From the NCBI GenBank assembly GCA_964016885.1, contig OZ024740.1:197470001-197534000 (forward strand): a stretch of 64,000 bases of DNA, given 5' to 3'. The translations under genes were made by a program, and so were the position numbers. The notes below the pieces were generated by a model. It was not told where the DNA came from. It saw only the letters and a list, made by a program, of their open reading frames with translations, and made no database searches. This stretch comes from Eledone cirrhosa. Taxonomy: Eukaryota. This document shows positions 11,334 to 25,048 of this stretch, one piece after another (position 1 is the first letter of the stretch; the number at the start of each line of letters is the position of its first letter).

Positions 11334-14300
11334 AAGCTGAGGATGTGTGCGTTAAGGTTTGTAACGTATGCACGTCCACAATTTCCAACGGATTCTATTC
11401 AACGTCGGGACAATTATTGCTTTTGGTCAGGAAAAGGTCATGAAGCTAAAAACTTCAAATCCATCAACACTAAGGGCAAAAATCGATCATGATCATTCCC
11501 CTCTCTATAATTTAACTGCTTTACTCTCTCTGTCGCTCTTCACTCCCTATATGACAACACTGCAGAGAGAGAAACAATGTTTATGATCAAATAGAGCGTT
11601 CCGTATATTCCCTCTCTCTATAATTTAACTGCTTTACTCTCTCTGTCGCTCCTCACTCCCTATATGACAACACTGCAGTGGAGCGTTCCGTATTGACATA
11701 TGGCTTATTGCAAATAACAACCCGCAAAATAACACTTCATATAACAGATTAATGCTATAGACCTATGAATCGGAATGTAACCCGTGAACTTTTTCCTGGG
11801 CAAAATTATTCGAACAGACATGACCTCATTGCCAGAGTGTTCAGACTGAAACTGGCTAAACTCATGGCTTTAATGAAAAAGGGTCAGCTATTTGGGGCTG
11901 TAAAATGTGACATGTTCACCGTCGAATGGCAAAATCGAGGGCTGCCACATGCTCACATTTTGATTTGGTTAGCTGATAAAATCAATTCAAATGCCATAGA
12001 CAGCTTCATTTCGGCTGAAATCCCTAACCCAGCAACTTACCAGGAATTACATGACATCGTCAAAACTAACATGGTCCGTGTGTGTCGGGTCCTAATGAGC
12101 ATCACACGTGTCTGAAAGGAGGGTCGTGCAGTAAGGTATACCCCCAAACATTTGTTGACCAGACTCAGACTAGTGGCAACGGGTACACTCTGTACAGGCG
12201 GAGACGGCCCGAGAAATGTGGCTTCACCACAACAGTAATAAAGGGAGGTCAAGTCGACAATAGATGGGTGGTCCCCTACTGCTCGCTTCTCTTGAAGAAG
12301 CGGACAGTAAGGGACCACATCAACGTTGAGTTTTGCAACTCCGTCAAGTCGATAAAATACATATGCAAATATGTAAATAAGGGCTATGATGCCGCAATGT
12401 TCGCATTTCAAGCTGAAAATAGCAGGGACGGGGTCACAGAATACCTGGCGGGGCGGTACATCAGTAGCAATGAAGCTTTTTGGCGCCTATTTGGTTTACC
12501 CCTACACCAACGGTACCCCGCCATCGTACAGCTTGCGGTACATTTGGAAAATGGGCAAAGGGTTTACTTTACGGACCAAACCGCCGCTAAGTTGGCCGCC
12601 GATCCGAAAGAGACCACTCTGACAGGTTTCTTCAAACTTTGCCAGTTCGATACATTTGCGCAAACAATTGTGTACCCCCAGGTTCCATCCTACTTTATAT
12701 GGTCGAAAAACACTTGGGTGCGAAGAAAGTCAGGTCAGGTTGTTGAAAGACATCCTGATGTAAAATTTGACAGCTGTCTTGGAAGGGTTTACACTGTGCC
12801 CCCAAGTCAGCATGAGTGCTTTCATCTCCGCCTTCTTCTGCATGAAGTTGTAGGCCCACAAAGTTTTAAGGACCTCAAAACTGTTGATGGAGAAATATGT
12901 GATACGTACTGGGAAGCCTGCTTTAAATGTGGTCTTTTGGAAGATGATTCGCAATGGGATTCCACTTTAGCAGAGGGTGCTTTGTTGAAATCACCTAAAG
13001 GTCTACGGGAACTCTTTGTCATTTTGCTTCAAAAGTGTGAATCTTTATGGGTCAAGTACAGAGACTTCATGTCTGAGGACTTCCTGCACCTAGCTCATCT
13101 GCAGTATACTTCAGTGGAAGTTGGTTACAGCGACATTATCTACAGCAGGGCACTCATTGATATCGAGGACGCCCTCCTCAACATGGGTGGGAGTGAGTTG
13201 GCGACGTATGGCTTGCCGTCAACCGTTAGAGAGGAAGCTAACACGTTGGCCCCGGATTTGTTGCGGGAAACAGCATTTGACATCGAATCTCTTTCCCAAT
13301 ACTTAGAGGAAAATGAGCCCAAACGTCTGTCGGACCAAAGGTTGGCCTATTTAACTATCATTGACGTGGTTCAAAATCAGACTGGGGGTATTTACTTTCT
13401 CGATGCTTCTGGGGGAACCGGAAAAAACTTTTGTAACGAAATGATTCTCGCTAAGATTCGACAGGAGAAAAAAATTGCGTTGGCCGTTGCATCGTCCGGG
13501 ATCGCTACCACTTTGCTGCCGAGAGGCAGGACAGCACATTTAACCTTTAAACTCCCCTTGGATTTGGTAAAAACTGAGACACCAACATGCAATATCAGCA
13601 AGAGTTAACACGAAGCTCTGGTTCTCGAAAAATGTTGCCTCATTGTTTGGGATGAGTGCACAATGGCACACAAGGGTGCCCTTGAGGCATTGGACAGGTC
13701 CCCGAGAGACATTAGGGATTCTATGGCTCCTATGGGTGGCGTAACCTTTCTGCTATCAGGGGATTTTCGGCAAACGCTGCCTGTCATCCCCAAAGGGACA
13801 AGAGCTGATGAAGTGCGTGCCTGCCTTAAGTCGTCCATGTTGTGGCTCCAGGTGAAGAGTTTGTACCTGAGCACAAATATGCGTGCTCATTTGCATGGTG
13901 ACAACATGTCTGCAACATTTGCTCAGAACATTTTAGCACTGGTGAGGGCAAGATCCCTGCGGATGACAAGGGCGGCATAGCAATCGACTCCCTGTGCAAC
14001 ATTGTGAGCAGCCCTTCTGACCTTTGGGAAGCAGTTTTTCCTAATGTCTCATTTAACTTTAAAAACCTCGATTGGCTCAGCGAAAGAGCCAATCTTGCTC
14101 CGAAAAATGGCATGTTTAATTTTATTAACGAGCAGCTGATTGAGAAGATTCCCGGTAAAGAGCACATCTTCAAATCTATTGACCGGACGTCAGATCCCGA
14201 CGATATCGTTAATTATCCGGTTGAGTTATTAAATTCCCTTGAGCCCTCAGGGCTCCCACCTCACATTCTTAAGCTTAGGGTTGGCTGTCCCAAGAGGTGC

Positions 14301-14602
14301 TATAGATGTTGGTGCAGGTGTTGGAGGTGCTGGATCTATGCCGTCTGGAAAACTGGTAGGGTCACCCATCGCGGACAGATCTGACACTCAGCGGCATCAG
14401 GATCACCATTTTGCAACTATTGGAAGATTATTAACCCATCATTAATTGTCCAAAATGCTAATTAGTTCGTAACTTTTAATAACCGGTTCAACTGCTTTAT
14501 GCACTTAGTTGATAAGCTTATTCGCTTTCAAGCCACGTTTACCTGTATGTAACTTTTCATAGCAAATGAACAAACCCGAGCAACGCCGGGCTAAACTGCT
14601 AG
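11312..14602 (+). mobile_element. Helitron, internally deleted (Rep-helicase remnant)
   Basis: HUH motif VEWQNRGLPHAHILIWL; YICKY; Walker A DASGGTGK; WDECTM; GDFRQTLPV. 3' hairpin CCCGAGCAACGCCGGG followed by CTAG|T at 14599-14602. The 5' TC is approximate. Confidence 0.9.
11765..14290 (+). pseudogene. Helitron RepHel (HUH endonuclease plus PIF1-like helicase)
   Basis: Consecutive broken ORFs 11765-12115, 12082-13608, 13663-13980 and 14004-14290. Confidence 0.88.
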
Positions 14603-14603
14603 T

Positions 14604-14658
<55 letters not shown>

Positions 14659-15002
14659 CATATATATATGTATACATACATATATATATATGTATACATA
14701 CATATATATACATACATATACATACGTACATACATACATACATACACAGACGCGCAAACAGACGCACACACTCACACAATATTTGTGTGCTGAAATGTTT
14801 AATATATACCCCTTTTCTGTATATTATCACAGTTCCAGGTATTTCTTCGCACTTCATTAATCCCAACTCTAACCATACAAACAAACACACATATACACAC
14901 ACATATAAACACATCCACATAGACTTGTTCTCTCTCTTTCTCCCTTCATCTTCCTAATTTGATTCTTCTGTTCTCTTATTCCTCTTGTTCCTCAACACCA
15001 CC

Positions 15003-15502
15003 TTCTATCACCACCTCCTTATCTGTGAGAAAAGTATATACGTTAACACCCCACCCTATTTTCTTTAATCTTGAAATTGAAATAAATATAGTGTTTGATT
15101 TTTGTAGCATTAATAAAGAAGGTGTCTATTTTCTGTGACTTAGAATTTGTGAAGGCGCTGGGAATATTCCGATATATATTTTTATATTTTAAAGTTACAT
15201 GTATTGTTACAGCAAATATTAAAGACCACTTTATGGTTTCGAATCCTTAGTAAAACCATTTTTGTTCAATTATGTTCTTGGTCCCAATTTCTCATTTTCT
15301 AAATAAACAAATACTTCGAAGCAAAATATAATGTGATGCACTTCTTTTCTATCATCACCTCCTTATCTGTAAGAAAAGTATATATGTTAACACCCCAGCC
15401 TATTTTCTTTAATCTTGAAATCGAAATAAATATAGTGTTTGATTTTTGTAGCATTAATAAAGAAGGGGTCTATTTTCTGTGACTCAGAATTTGTGAAGGC
15501 GC
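15003..15502 (+). repeat. ~156-bp direct repeat pair (15003-15158, 15347-15502)
   Basis: Near-identical copies with offset 344. Both end at the first bases of the adjacent SINE. Confidence 0.85.
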
Positions 15503-15790
15503 GTGGTGTAGTGATTTTGCTTAAGATCGTAAGGTTGTGAGTTCGATTTCCGACGACGTGTTGTGTTTTTGAGCAAGACACTTTATTTCTCTTGCTCAAG
15601 TCCACTCAAAATGCATAAAATGAGTTGTATCTATAATTTAAAGGGGCACAGTGTCAAGTGCAATCTTTCTGAGCATTACGTTAAGGCTAGGGGTGTTTGT
15701 GAAATCTTCTATCACTTACACGTTGATTTTAAGAGCAGACTGTTTCGTTTCTTGAACAATTGGAATACTCATCGGCGAAATCGACGGTCA
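15493..15790 (+). mobile_element. tRNA-derived SINE, second type (also 52612-52890 minus and 57696-58000 plus)
   Basis: GTGAAGGCGCGTGG head, B box GAGTTCGAT, core TTGAGCAAGACACTTTATTTC shared with 57696. Confidence 0.75.
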
Positions 15791-16170
15791 TCCATTCCAT
15801 TCTCTATTCTCCTTTAAAATGTTCTCTATTTCAATCGTAGGATTTAATATATGATTCACGCCACGAAGCAACGACAGCATAACTATGAAAACAACATTAA
15901 AGCAACAATGGAAACTAAAGATTTTCCCAGAATTATCCTTTTTGTTTTCGGTTTTTAATGTGTTGTCAACTCTATATTTGATATTTCTTATATCTTATTT
16001 ATCTAATATGTCTGATTATAATATCTATGTAATCTTTTATATTTTGCAAGTATTATATTTGCATTAAATGTGATGCCTTTTTTCTGTTCAGGGGCTTATT
16101 TTCCCTGCTGATGGTCTATTTTCTGTAGTCTAAATACGTCGAAGGCTTCTAATTCAGTATATATATATAT

Positions 16171-16295
<125 letters not shown>

Positions 16296-16924
16296 CGTAT
16301 ATATATATTATATATATATTTACACATATGTGTGTGTGTGAGTGTATGTGTGTATGTATGTATGTATGTATGTATGTATGTATGTATGTATGTATGTATG
16401 TATGTTTCTTGGTGAGGAGGGTGACTTTGGACATCCTGCAGGACTAAAAACAAAACCTGTCAAAGGGCAAAGGAACTCTTAAGAGTCAATGGCCATCCAA
16501 AATCACCGGGAGAGATGACCCCTTAGCCTTTGTCAAGGCAGAATTCTAGGAGAAGGAAAACTCTGATATAACACCTGCAACCCTGATGGTATCCAATGAT
16601 GTTGACTTGTTCTTCTTTTTGGTAAATATCATCTTGGTTAAGAGAGTGGGACTGGCTTTGTGCAGTGCCTTTGCTCACTATAAAAGCTTCACGGCACAGG
16701 CATTGCTTTATATCTGGAGATCTCTCTGCACTTGTCATCACAGGGTACCATGGGCCCAGCACTATGTGTCAGTAATTGTCACAAGTGTAGTGTTTGTACC
16801 AAAGTTTTCAAGTCGCTGGCTGGACTAAAAAGTCACACTCGTTCAGCGCATCAGTAGGAGTTCTCCTACATGGATATAAAGTAGTGGCCGTACTCGAAAA
16901 CGAGTTGGCAGCCACCATGTATGT

Positions 16925-17315
16925 ATGTATTTATGGACCCGTAACTCCTGATGGACGAGTAGGGATGTCATATTGACATACGACGTTTTATGGGCATTTT
17001 AACACGTGGTGAAGCCCATTTCTCTCCAGGCCTAAACACAGCAGATTTCTCCAAGAGAAGGTATAGAGAGTGAGAAAAAGGATGTAGGAAAAAGATATAG
17101 AGGAAGAATCGGATAATGTGTAAAAGAATGGAAGTGAGAAAGATATAGAGGAAGAATTGGCTCCAGTACTAGACTGGTATATTTTTTATCGACCCTGAAT
17201 GGATGAAAGACAAAGTTGACCTCGCGGGATTTGAATTGAGAGAAAAGAGAGCCGGTACGAACACCGCAAAGCATTCTATCCAACGTTCTAACGACTCTGC
17301 CAATTCGTCGCCTGC
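16925..17315 (-). mobile_element. Deu/Nin-type SINE with extended 3' tail (also 44678-45020 plus and 18605-18840 minus)
   Basis: Reverse complement of 44678-45020 across the head, core and tail (CAGTACTAGACTGG, CTCTCCAGGCCT, CCCGTAACTC). Confidence 0.75.
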
Positions 17316-17714
17316 AACACATATACTTGTGTACTATTTCACTGTTCTTGAACTCTTTCTCCAGCTCTTTATTTTCACATTTTCCTTATTTTTTCTTTCT
17401 TTTTTTCTCAGTTTCATGTTTTCTTTTCTTTATTCAATATACCACATTACATATATTTGAGTAAGTCAGGTCTAAAGGGAAGCTAAGAAAATATATTGTA
17501 GCTACGGCACGTATTTACAGTTACATGGGTGGGGGGAAAATAGAGTTATAACATTCTGGTTTAAACATTTCAGGTGTGTTTATATACATACATACATGCA
17601 TACATACCTACATACACACAAACATACATACATACATACATACATACATACACACATAGGTACATGCATACATACATACATAGATATATACCTACATACA
17701 TATATACCGACCTA

Positions 17715-17776
<62 letters not shown>

Positions 17777-18869
17777 TAATATACTTATACTTACATAAAT
17801 ACATACATATCTATTTATATATATGCGGCTACTTTCATAGATAAATGCAAAATGTTACAATCAGATTAGGTTGGCCATTGGAATATTCTAGAAATACAAC
17901 AGCATGAACTCTACGAGTCAACAGTTAAATGCATTTCATCATTTGCTGATATTTACTATTCTTATCCCCATCACGTCCTATTTATATGCCTCCAACAAAT
18001 TTTGATAATGAATTTTAGTAAAGGTGCACTTTTCCCGGAGAACTGTGCTTTGCTATATGGAATTCAAATGTTGGAATAATTTCAGTTCTCGAAATGTTGC
18101 AGCCACTGTCCCTGACCAGTGTTCGATTCAAAGAAAAGGAGCTGATCGTCAGAGCAGATCAAATAAACTATATTTCAGTTGGTGTTTCCATTGCTGATAC
18201 TTCTTTTCCAAGCCCGTAGGATGTGATCTGAGGGCAATTTGGCTGCTATTTCTATTAGGTTGATTGACCACGTAGAGATTCCCTCGTTGAGTCGTCTACA
18301 TATTTAATTCACGCTTTAAACAAGTTTAAGTCCATGATACTCGCTCTTATGTGATCTTTATTTATCACTCACTCTTCAAGGTCAGTCCGCCTTGTGGTTT
18401 CGGCAGACAGGACCAGTCACAACTCTTGGCAGAAAGAGTGGGATTTGAACTCAGAACACAGATACCACAAAAAAAAAAACCCTGTCCTGTCGCGTCTCAC
18501 TCTTTATGAAATGCAAAGTCGACCTCGGCGGGATTTTAATTCAGAGAACAGACAGCCGAAACAAAGACCAAGTCATTTAATCCGACGCTCTAACGACATT
18601 TTGAAGTATATCATATTCATGGACCCTGGGCTCTTGATGGAATACTAGGAACGCCGTTATGAGCATTTAAACTTGGTGGGGCTCATGCCTCTCCAGGTCT
18701 AAGCGCAGTAGATTTCTTCCAGAGAAATTGCTCTCACGCGTGCCCTCGCACGCGCGCGAGAAAGCACATCAGAGAGCCAGAACAGATACCGCGAAGCATT
18801 CAATCCGACATTCTAACGACTCTGCCAACTCGCCTCCTTACCTGAAGTATATATCGCATAATAGTTAAA

Positions 18870-19121
18870 GTCTGTTCTAAGCTGAAGGCCCATCAGTCCG
18901 GTGCTTATTCCGGGTTTCCTTTGCACTAAGCAACTGAAAGTACACGACTCTCCCTGGACAGGACGCCGGTCTATCGCAGGCTTAACTCCCTAGCTACTGC
19001 TGGTTCTCATTCTCAGCTGAGTGTAATAAAGGCTCAAGAAAACAACACAGCAGCATATAAAGGAATGGAACCGACGACATTACGATGCTACGTCAAGCAT
19101 CCTAACTATTAGGCCATGCGC
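18870..19121 (-). mobile_element. Old tRNA-derived SINE
   Basis: Minus strand begins GCGCATGGCCTAATAGTTAGG (A box) and contains GGTTCCATTCC (B box). Confidence 0.6.
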
Positions 19122-19998
19122 AGAATAATGAAATTTAAATAGAAACTCTCAACGAAAATACTGTGGTGTGTGATTCAGATATTGTTTAGCAACTGTTAAG
19201 TTCCAGACTGGTGGGAGGGCTGGAAAGAATTAGGAAGGTATCCCCAAGCATGAGACTTACAACTTCACTAGTGGACTACATTTATCGTCCCCACCACCAC
19301 CACATATTTAATATGGGTTCATATATACATTTAAAGAGCTTTGATCGCAGCTTAAAATACTCACAGAGATTGTTTATGTTTATTATACATAAACGAATTG
19401 TATATATGGCCAAGGGCCAACAGTATTTAAACGTACCCAAATTAATTTGTTGCTTCTATATATAGAACTCTTCTAATGATAATATCAAAACTGTAATGGA
19501 AGTAATGAGCATAATTATACAGCTGTATAAACTTTACAGACAAGGTAATGTTATAATTTAATAGCAAGGTCCCCGATAAAACTTCCCTGCATATGGGTTC
19601 ATACTGTAGTTGTGACATGTTAACAACTTAAAATACACACAGCAAGACATGTGTATGTATATTATACTCTAACATATTGTATATGGCTCCAAATACGCCA
19701 TTATTAGAAAAAATTCCAATTTTTCCCGTTAATTGAATTCGATCTTGGAAAGAACTACTTCGCGGTATGAATATTTACTTTTCAATTCAGTATCAGGAAT
19801 TCTTCACAATCTTTTCATACACACATCCGATATGTAAACACAACACATACAAATATGGAAACACATACCCACCCCAAACACTACACAGATTCATACATCA
19901 ATACACAAGCAGTAATAATATTTGTATTAATGTATATTTAAAATGTATATTGACATTCTTACACACAGACGTACGCACAGATCTCTCTCTCCCTTGTG

Positions 19999-20039
<41 letters not shown>

Positions 20040-20041
<2 letters not shown>

Positions 20042-21568
20042 GAAAAAGTATCACCCCGACGGCAGAACTCAAGCCGTTTCGACAGCTATTTCTGGACGGC
20101 TATTTCGGGAATAGAAATAGCCGTCGAAACGGCTTGAGCTCTGCCGTCGGGGTCATACTTTTTCCTATTACCCACTCTTCTACCCTAAGTATTGAGTACT
20201 CTGGTGCGTTATGCTCCATCTGGTTCCTTACCACAACTCCTTCGTTATATATATATATAACAAAGGAAATGTGGTAAGGAACCAGATGTACCATAACGCA
20301 CCAAAGTACTCAATACTTAAATACTAATACAAAAATACCACTAAGAAATTTAGAAATCACAGAAATGGAGCAGCAACCAGAAAGAAAACAATTTACTGGG
20401 GTCTAACACATCTGCTATAAAAAGCGTAATCGGCCAATTATATCTTAAAATTAGGGGGGTGGGGGTACTGAGGCTACAGAGGACCGATGGGCTGCATCGG
20501 GGTAGGCGAAAAGGTGAAAAAAAGACAAGGAAGGAGATCTGGGGTGGAAGAACTAGGAAGAGATGGGGGGGGGGGAGAAGGAAATATAGAGGAAAAGATA
20601 AAAAAAGTTACGTCTACCTTTGTAAGCAGGGGTTACCCCTCACAAAATCGGCAAGTGGAGTGTTTCATCCCTTGCCTACCCCCCCCGGTCATTATGGGGT
20701 TTGAGGGCGAGGTAAGTCCTACGCAATCTGTGTATATTTTAAGATATAATTGGCCGATTACGCTTTTTATAGCAGATGTGTTAGACCCCAGTAAATTGTT
20801 TTCTTTCTGGTTGCTGCTCCATTTCTGTGATTTCTAAATTTCTTAGTGGTATTTTTGTATTAGTATTCTTTTATTAGTATTTCTGTATTAGTATTCTGAA
20901 TTAATATTTCGTATTAGTATTTTTGTATTTTAGTATTTTTGTTCTCAACTTATTAACCTGTCATTGTAAGATAGCATTGGCTGATTACTAACTAACTATA
21001 GCAGTGGTGTTAGACCCCCTGTAAAGCCGGCTTTATAATTTTCTTTCACTACAATCTCGTATTTAGTATTTTTCTCCACCTATTAAACTTTTCTATAGCT
21101 TAGCAATACCAATGAGAGATTTGGTGATTGTGGGGATGGAGTAGTAACCAGAAATTGTTTTTTATATATTTATTTCCTTATTTTTATAATGGTTATTTTG
21201 TTTACTCCCTTTCGATTTACCTATTCTTTCAACCCCCCCCTTCTCCAATACACTTTTCTCGACCTTCTATACACTATCCTTAGAATCTGCTGTATAGATT
21301 TCCCTTTCAACGCTTGACTGGGTTTCCCCCCACTCCCTCTTTGTTCTACCGTCAAGTTCAGCTACCCTACCTCCCACCAAATGCAATGATAGAATCATCT
21401 GTCTTTACAACAAATTTTTTACCAATCCTTTTGACAATTACTATCTTCCCATATAAGGAATTACACCCTGAGAAGTTCGGCTATTTATTTACCAGGCTAA
21501 AAATTCTTATTTAGTCCAGAATTAGCCGTCGAAACGGCTTGAGCTCTGCCGTCGGAGTCATACTTGTT

Positions 21569-21570
<2 letters not shown>
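20040..21570. mobile_element. Family C PLE-type terminal repeat complex with nested inverted repeats and hammerhead 3' halves
   Basis: Inverted repeats at 20040-20165, 20185-20319 and 20320-20451/20736-20868. GAAACGGC..GAGCTC.GCCGTC at ~20126, ~21531 and ~47153. (TA)n flanks. Confidence 0.6.
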
Positions 21571-21609
<39 letters not shown>

Positions 21610-21819
21610 TAATACATACATATATCTTCCCCTACGCCTTTCCTTTCTCTCTCCACTTCCGCCACCAACATTCACACATAAACATATATATATATATATA
21701 CAACATATATATACAACATATACACGCATTAATGTATATATATATAGATATATAGGTATATGAATGTAAGTCACGTGTACAATCACGTCACTTACATTCA
21801 TATACCTATATATCTATAT

Positions 21820-21895
21820 ACACGTTTTTATTGTATGTAAACTTCCCCCTTTGTATTTGTCCCCTTCTTTTGTGCTCCTGTGGCTAATAAAGAAA
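21820..21895 (+). mobile_element. Severely 5'-truncated Tx1 copy (last ~76 bp)
   Basis: Near-identical to 5520-5595, in a TATC/TA context. Confidence 0.9.
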
Positions 21896-21960
21896 TATCT
21901 ATATCTATATATATTATGGAATACTGCTGGCTTCTTGCTACAATAATCTCTATGCTTTTC

Positions 21961-22064
<104 letters not shown>

Positions 22065-22065
22065 G

Positions 22066-22133
<68 letters not shown>

Positions 22134-22143
22134 TATCTATATC

Positions 22144-22187
<44 letters not shown>

Positions 22188-22868
22188 TCTATATATCTAT
22201 ATACATATATATATATATATATACATATATACATATATATATACATATATATATATATACATATATATATATAAATAGAATGAAAAAGCATAAAAAGAAA
22301 TGCACAGGGGAGCAGGTATGGGATTAGCTCGAACATTAAAATAAGAGAGAGAGAGAGAGAGTGTGGGGAGGGGGTAGTTCATTGGTAAATATGATAAAAT
22401 CTTGCAGAATTTTTCGTAATAAAAAAAAATCAAATATGGAAATATTCTCCAATTCCTGTCCAGTAGTTCTAGAAATTTCATTAGTTGAGAGGCAAACTTC
22501 ATAATTGTATTTCAGACAGGAATTAAGAATCATTGCATTGTTACCTTAATCACTTCTTATATTTCACTCATGTTGTGAAACAGTTATTTACTTTCATATT
22601 TTTCTATATTTTTCTGACTTCTTTTTTTCATCTTCCATAATATTCAAATGTTTGACCACTTGTACATTTTACGGTTGGCTAGCGGCACATCTCATAGAAT
22701 TGAAGCTTGATTTTATTATTATTGCGGCTCTTAGCTTTATAAACTACTTAATATTATTTGGAGGGTTGCCTACCTAGTGTGAATACACGCGCGCACACAC
22801 ACACACACACGCACACACATACATACTCTTACATATATAGAAAGAAAGACAGACTGACAGACAGAGAG

Positions 22869-22899
<31 letters not shown>

Positions 22900-23043
22900 A
22901 ATGTATATATATATAAACAGATACCCCTGCCCACATATATCTATATGTATATACAGAGGAAGTTACATGCATACAAATTTCACCCATTTCTTCATACCCA
23001 CACAAACATACATACGCACATACAGTGAAAAACATACAAAGAT

Positions 23044-23075
<32 letters not shown>

Positions 23076-23229
23076 TTTTCATAAACTAATACAAAGTGAA
23101 ACACACGCGAAGAGCTAACACAGACCTACACACCCAAACACAATAAAAGCTGTTCGTTCACACATGTCCTATTCTGTTCCTCTGATTATTTTCCTCCTGG
23201 CCCCAACATGTTACTAACGTCGACTAGAC

Positions 23230-23530
23230 AGCCCCCAGCCTCAGCCCTTGCTGTGGGTAGACGCGTCAGAAGGTATGGACACCTCCTACGCTTCCCTCCT
23301 CACCATCTCACCTGTGCCATCCTGGATTTCGACTCCCGAGTTGCAGGAAGGAGTCACCTGCGCGGGGCTCCTCGCATTCGATGGATAGATAATCTTGCCA
23401 AGGACCTTCAAGCCTGTGGAGTTCAAATGCCACAAGCACAACGACCGAGGAGGATAGAAGGCACTAAGAAACATGGTTGGCTCAACGCGTTGGCTTGCAG
23501 CGCACAAGTGAAAAGAAGAAGAAAGAAGAT
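23230..23530 (+). mobile_element. RTE-type LINE 3' fragment
   Basis: RRVRRYGHLLR...RGAPRIRWIDNLAKDL followed by an (AAG)-rich tail. Confidence 0.7.
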
Positions 23531-23597
23531 TATTTTCCGCACGTCTATCGTGTTGTTCTGTATCATCTTAAATACTTCTCTTCCAGAGAATGGGGAA

Positions 23598-23688
<91 letters not shown>

Positions 23689-24056
23689 AGCGCTCAACAC
23701 GTGGTAGAGCTAGATAAATTTTGAGTATATGTTGGTTGTTAACCGACACCTCAGTATGTAGATTGGAGCACTCGACGAAGTACGCAGGTTGGTTTGGTTA
23801 CTCCGGAGTAATGTAAAATAAAGTAATTAAGTCAAATAGTGACTTAAGTCCGCTACTATTTGACTTAATTACTTTATTTTACATTACTCCGGAGTAACCA
23901 AACCAACCTGCGTACTTCGTCGAGTGCTCCAATCTGCATACTGAGGTGTCGGTAAACAACCAACATATACTCAAAATTTATCTAGCTCTACCACGTGTTG
24001 AGCGCTTCAAACAGTAGCGGACTTAAGTCACTATTTGACTTAATTACTTTATTTTA
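23689..24056. repeat. 152-bp perfect-type inverted repeat built from a 175-nt circularly permuted unit
   Basis: Arms 23689-23840 and 23855-24006. Direct repeat at 23855-23881 and 24030-24056. (TA)n on both sides. Confidence 0.9.
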
Positions 24057-24069
24057 TATATATATATAT

Positions 24070-24342
24070 ATTGTTATGCTTTGGGAGGGTCATGTTGCCA
24101 ATAAGAAACACACGCACCAGTTGCTTTCACTTCAATTTATTATAAATTAAATTTATAAATTTAGGAATTTATAAATTTCCGGTTGGTTGGTTGGTTCCAC
24201 AACCAGACGATTATTCATATATTGTCAAAGTTCTTTCGTTACACATTCTGTGACCTCTTCAGTGACTGGGGATTCTTTTCTTTGTTTTTGTGCCTCTCCT
24301 TTGTTCTTATTGGCAACATGACCCTCCCAAAGCATAACAATA
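24070..24342 (-). mobile_element. Family E PLE terminal repeat with short inverted end; hammerhead at 24224-24266 (minus)
   Basis: Homologous to 32967-33186. 24308-24342 is the reverse complement of 24070-24104. GUCA-CUGAAGA-stem II-GAAAGAACUU^UGAC. Confidence 0.75.
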
Positions 24343-24395
24343 TCGGTTTCAACACACGTTTTCACATAAAGAATCTTGCTAAACAAATTCAGAAA

Positions 24396-24431
<36 letters not shown>

Positions 24432-24616
24432 TTCCACATACTGTACCGATTGTGCTGTTATTTCTGTTTACTTTTTACACACACACACACACATACACAC
24501 ACACATATATATGAATATACTCTTATATTTATATTTGTCACTTTTTTCACTGTGTTGGAAGAAGATGAAGAGGAATATATATATACACATATATATATAT
24601 ATATATAGAGAGAGAA

Positions 24617-24702
<86 letters not shown>

Positions 24703-24990
24703 TGTGATATTTTGAGTGAGGAATTTCATCGCTGTTTCATTTCCTCTTTTTTTATTAGTTCCTTTTTATTTATTTATCAATCCAAAGTTGGAAACCTTAT
24801 TAAGCCATGGTTGTTGATCACATTGTTGAATGGAAGTAAAAAAAAAATCTACCGTTGTATATAAATAAGAAACCTACCATAATCGGAAGTGAAGCGATGC
24901 GGCTCAGGACATCGGAACATTTCCAAATGATAAACTCTTGGAAATTTTTGTTGTATATATATTCCTCCTCCACCACTCGATACCACCCCG

Positions 24991-25048
24991 TTCTTCTTCT
25001 TCTTCTTCTTCTTCTTCTTCTTCTTCTTCTTCTTCTTCTTCTTCTTCT
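24991..25048. repeat. (TTC)n microsatellite
   Basis: Direct inspection. Confidence 0.95.

Noticed and set aside
18109-18158. CUGACGA...GAACACUGGUC on minus
   Set aside because: GAAA is broken and stems I and II pair poorly.
19305-19695. Diverged ~280-bp repeat pair, considered as repeated protein-domain exons
   Set aside because: No shared open frame or recognisable motif.
22450-22530. Hairpin AATTCCTGTC/GACAGGAATT enclosing CUGAAAU...GAAA on minus
   Set aside because: Core and cleavage-site spacing do not fit a hammerhead.
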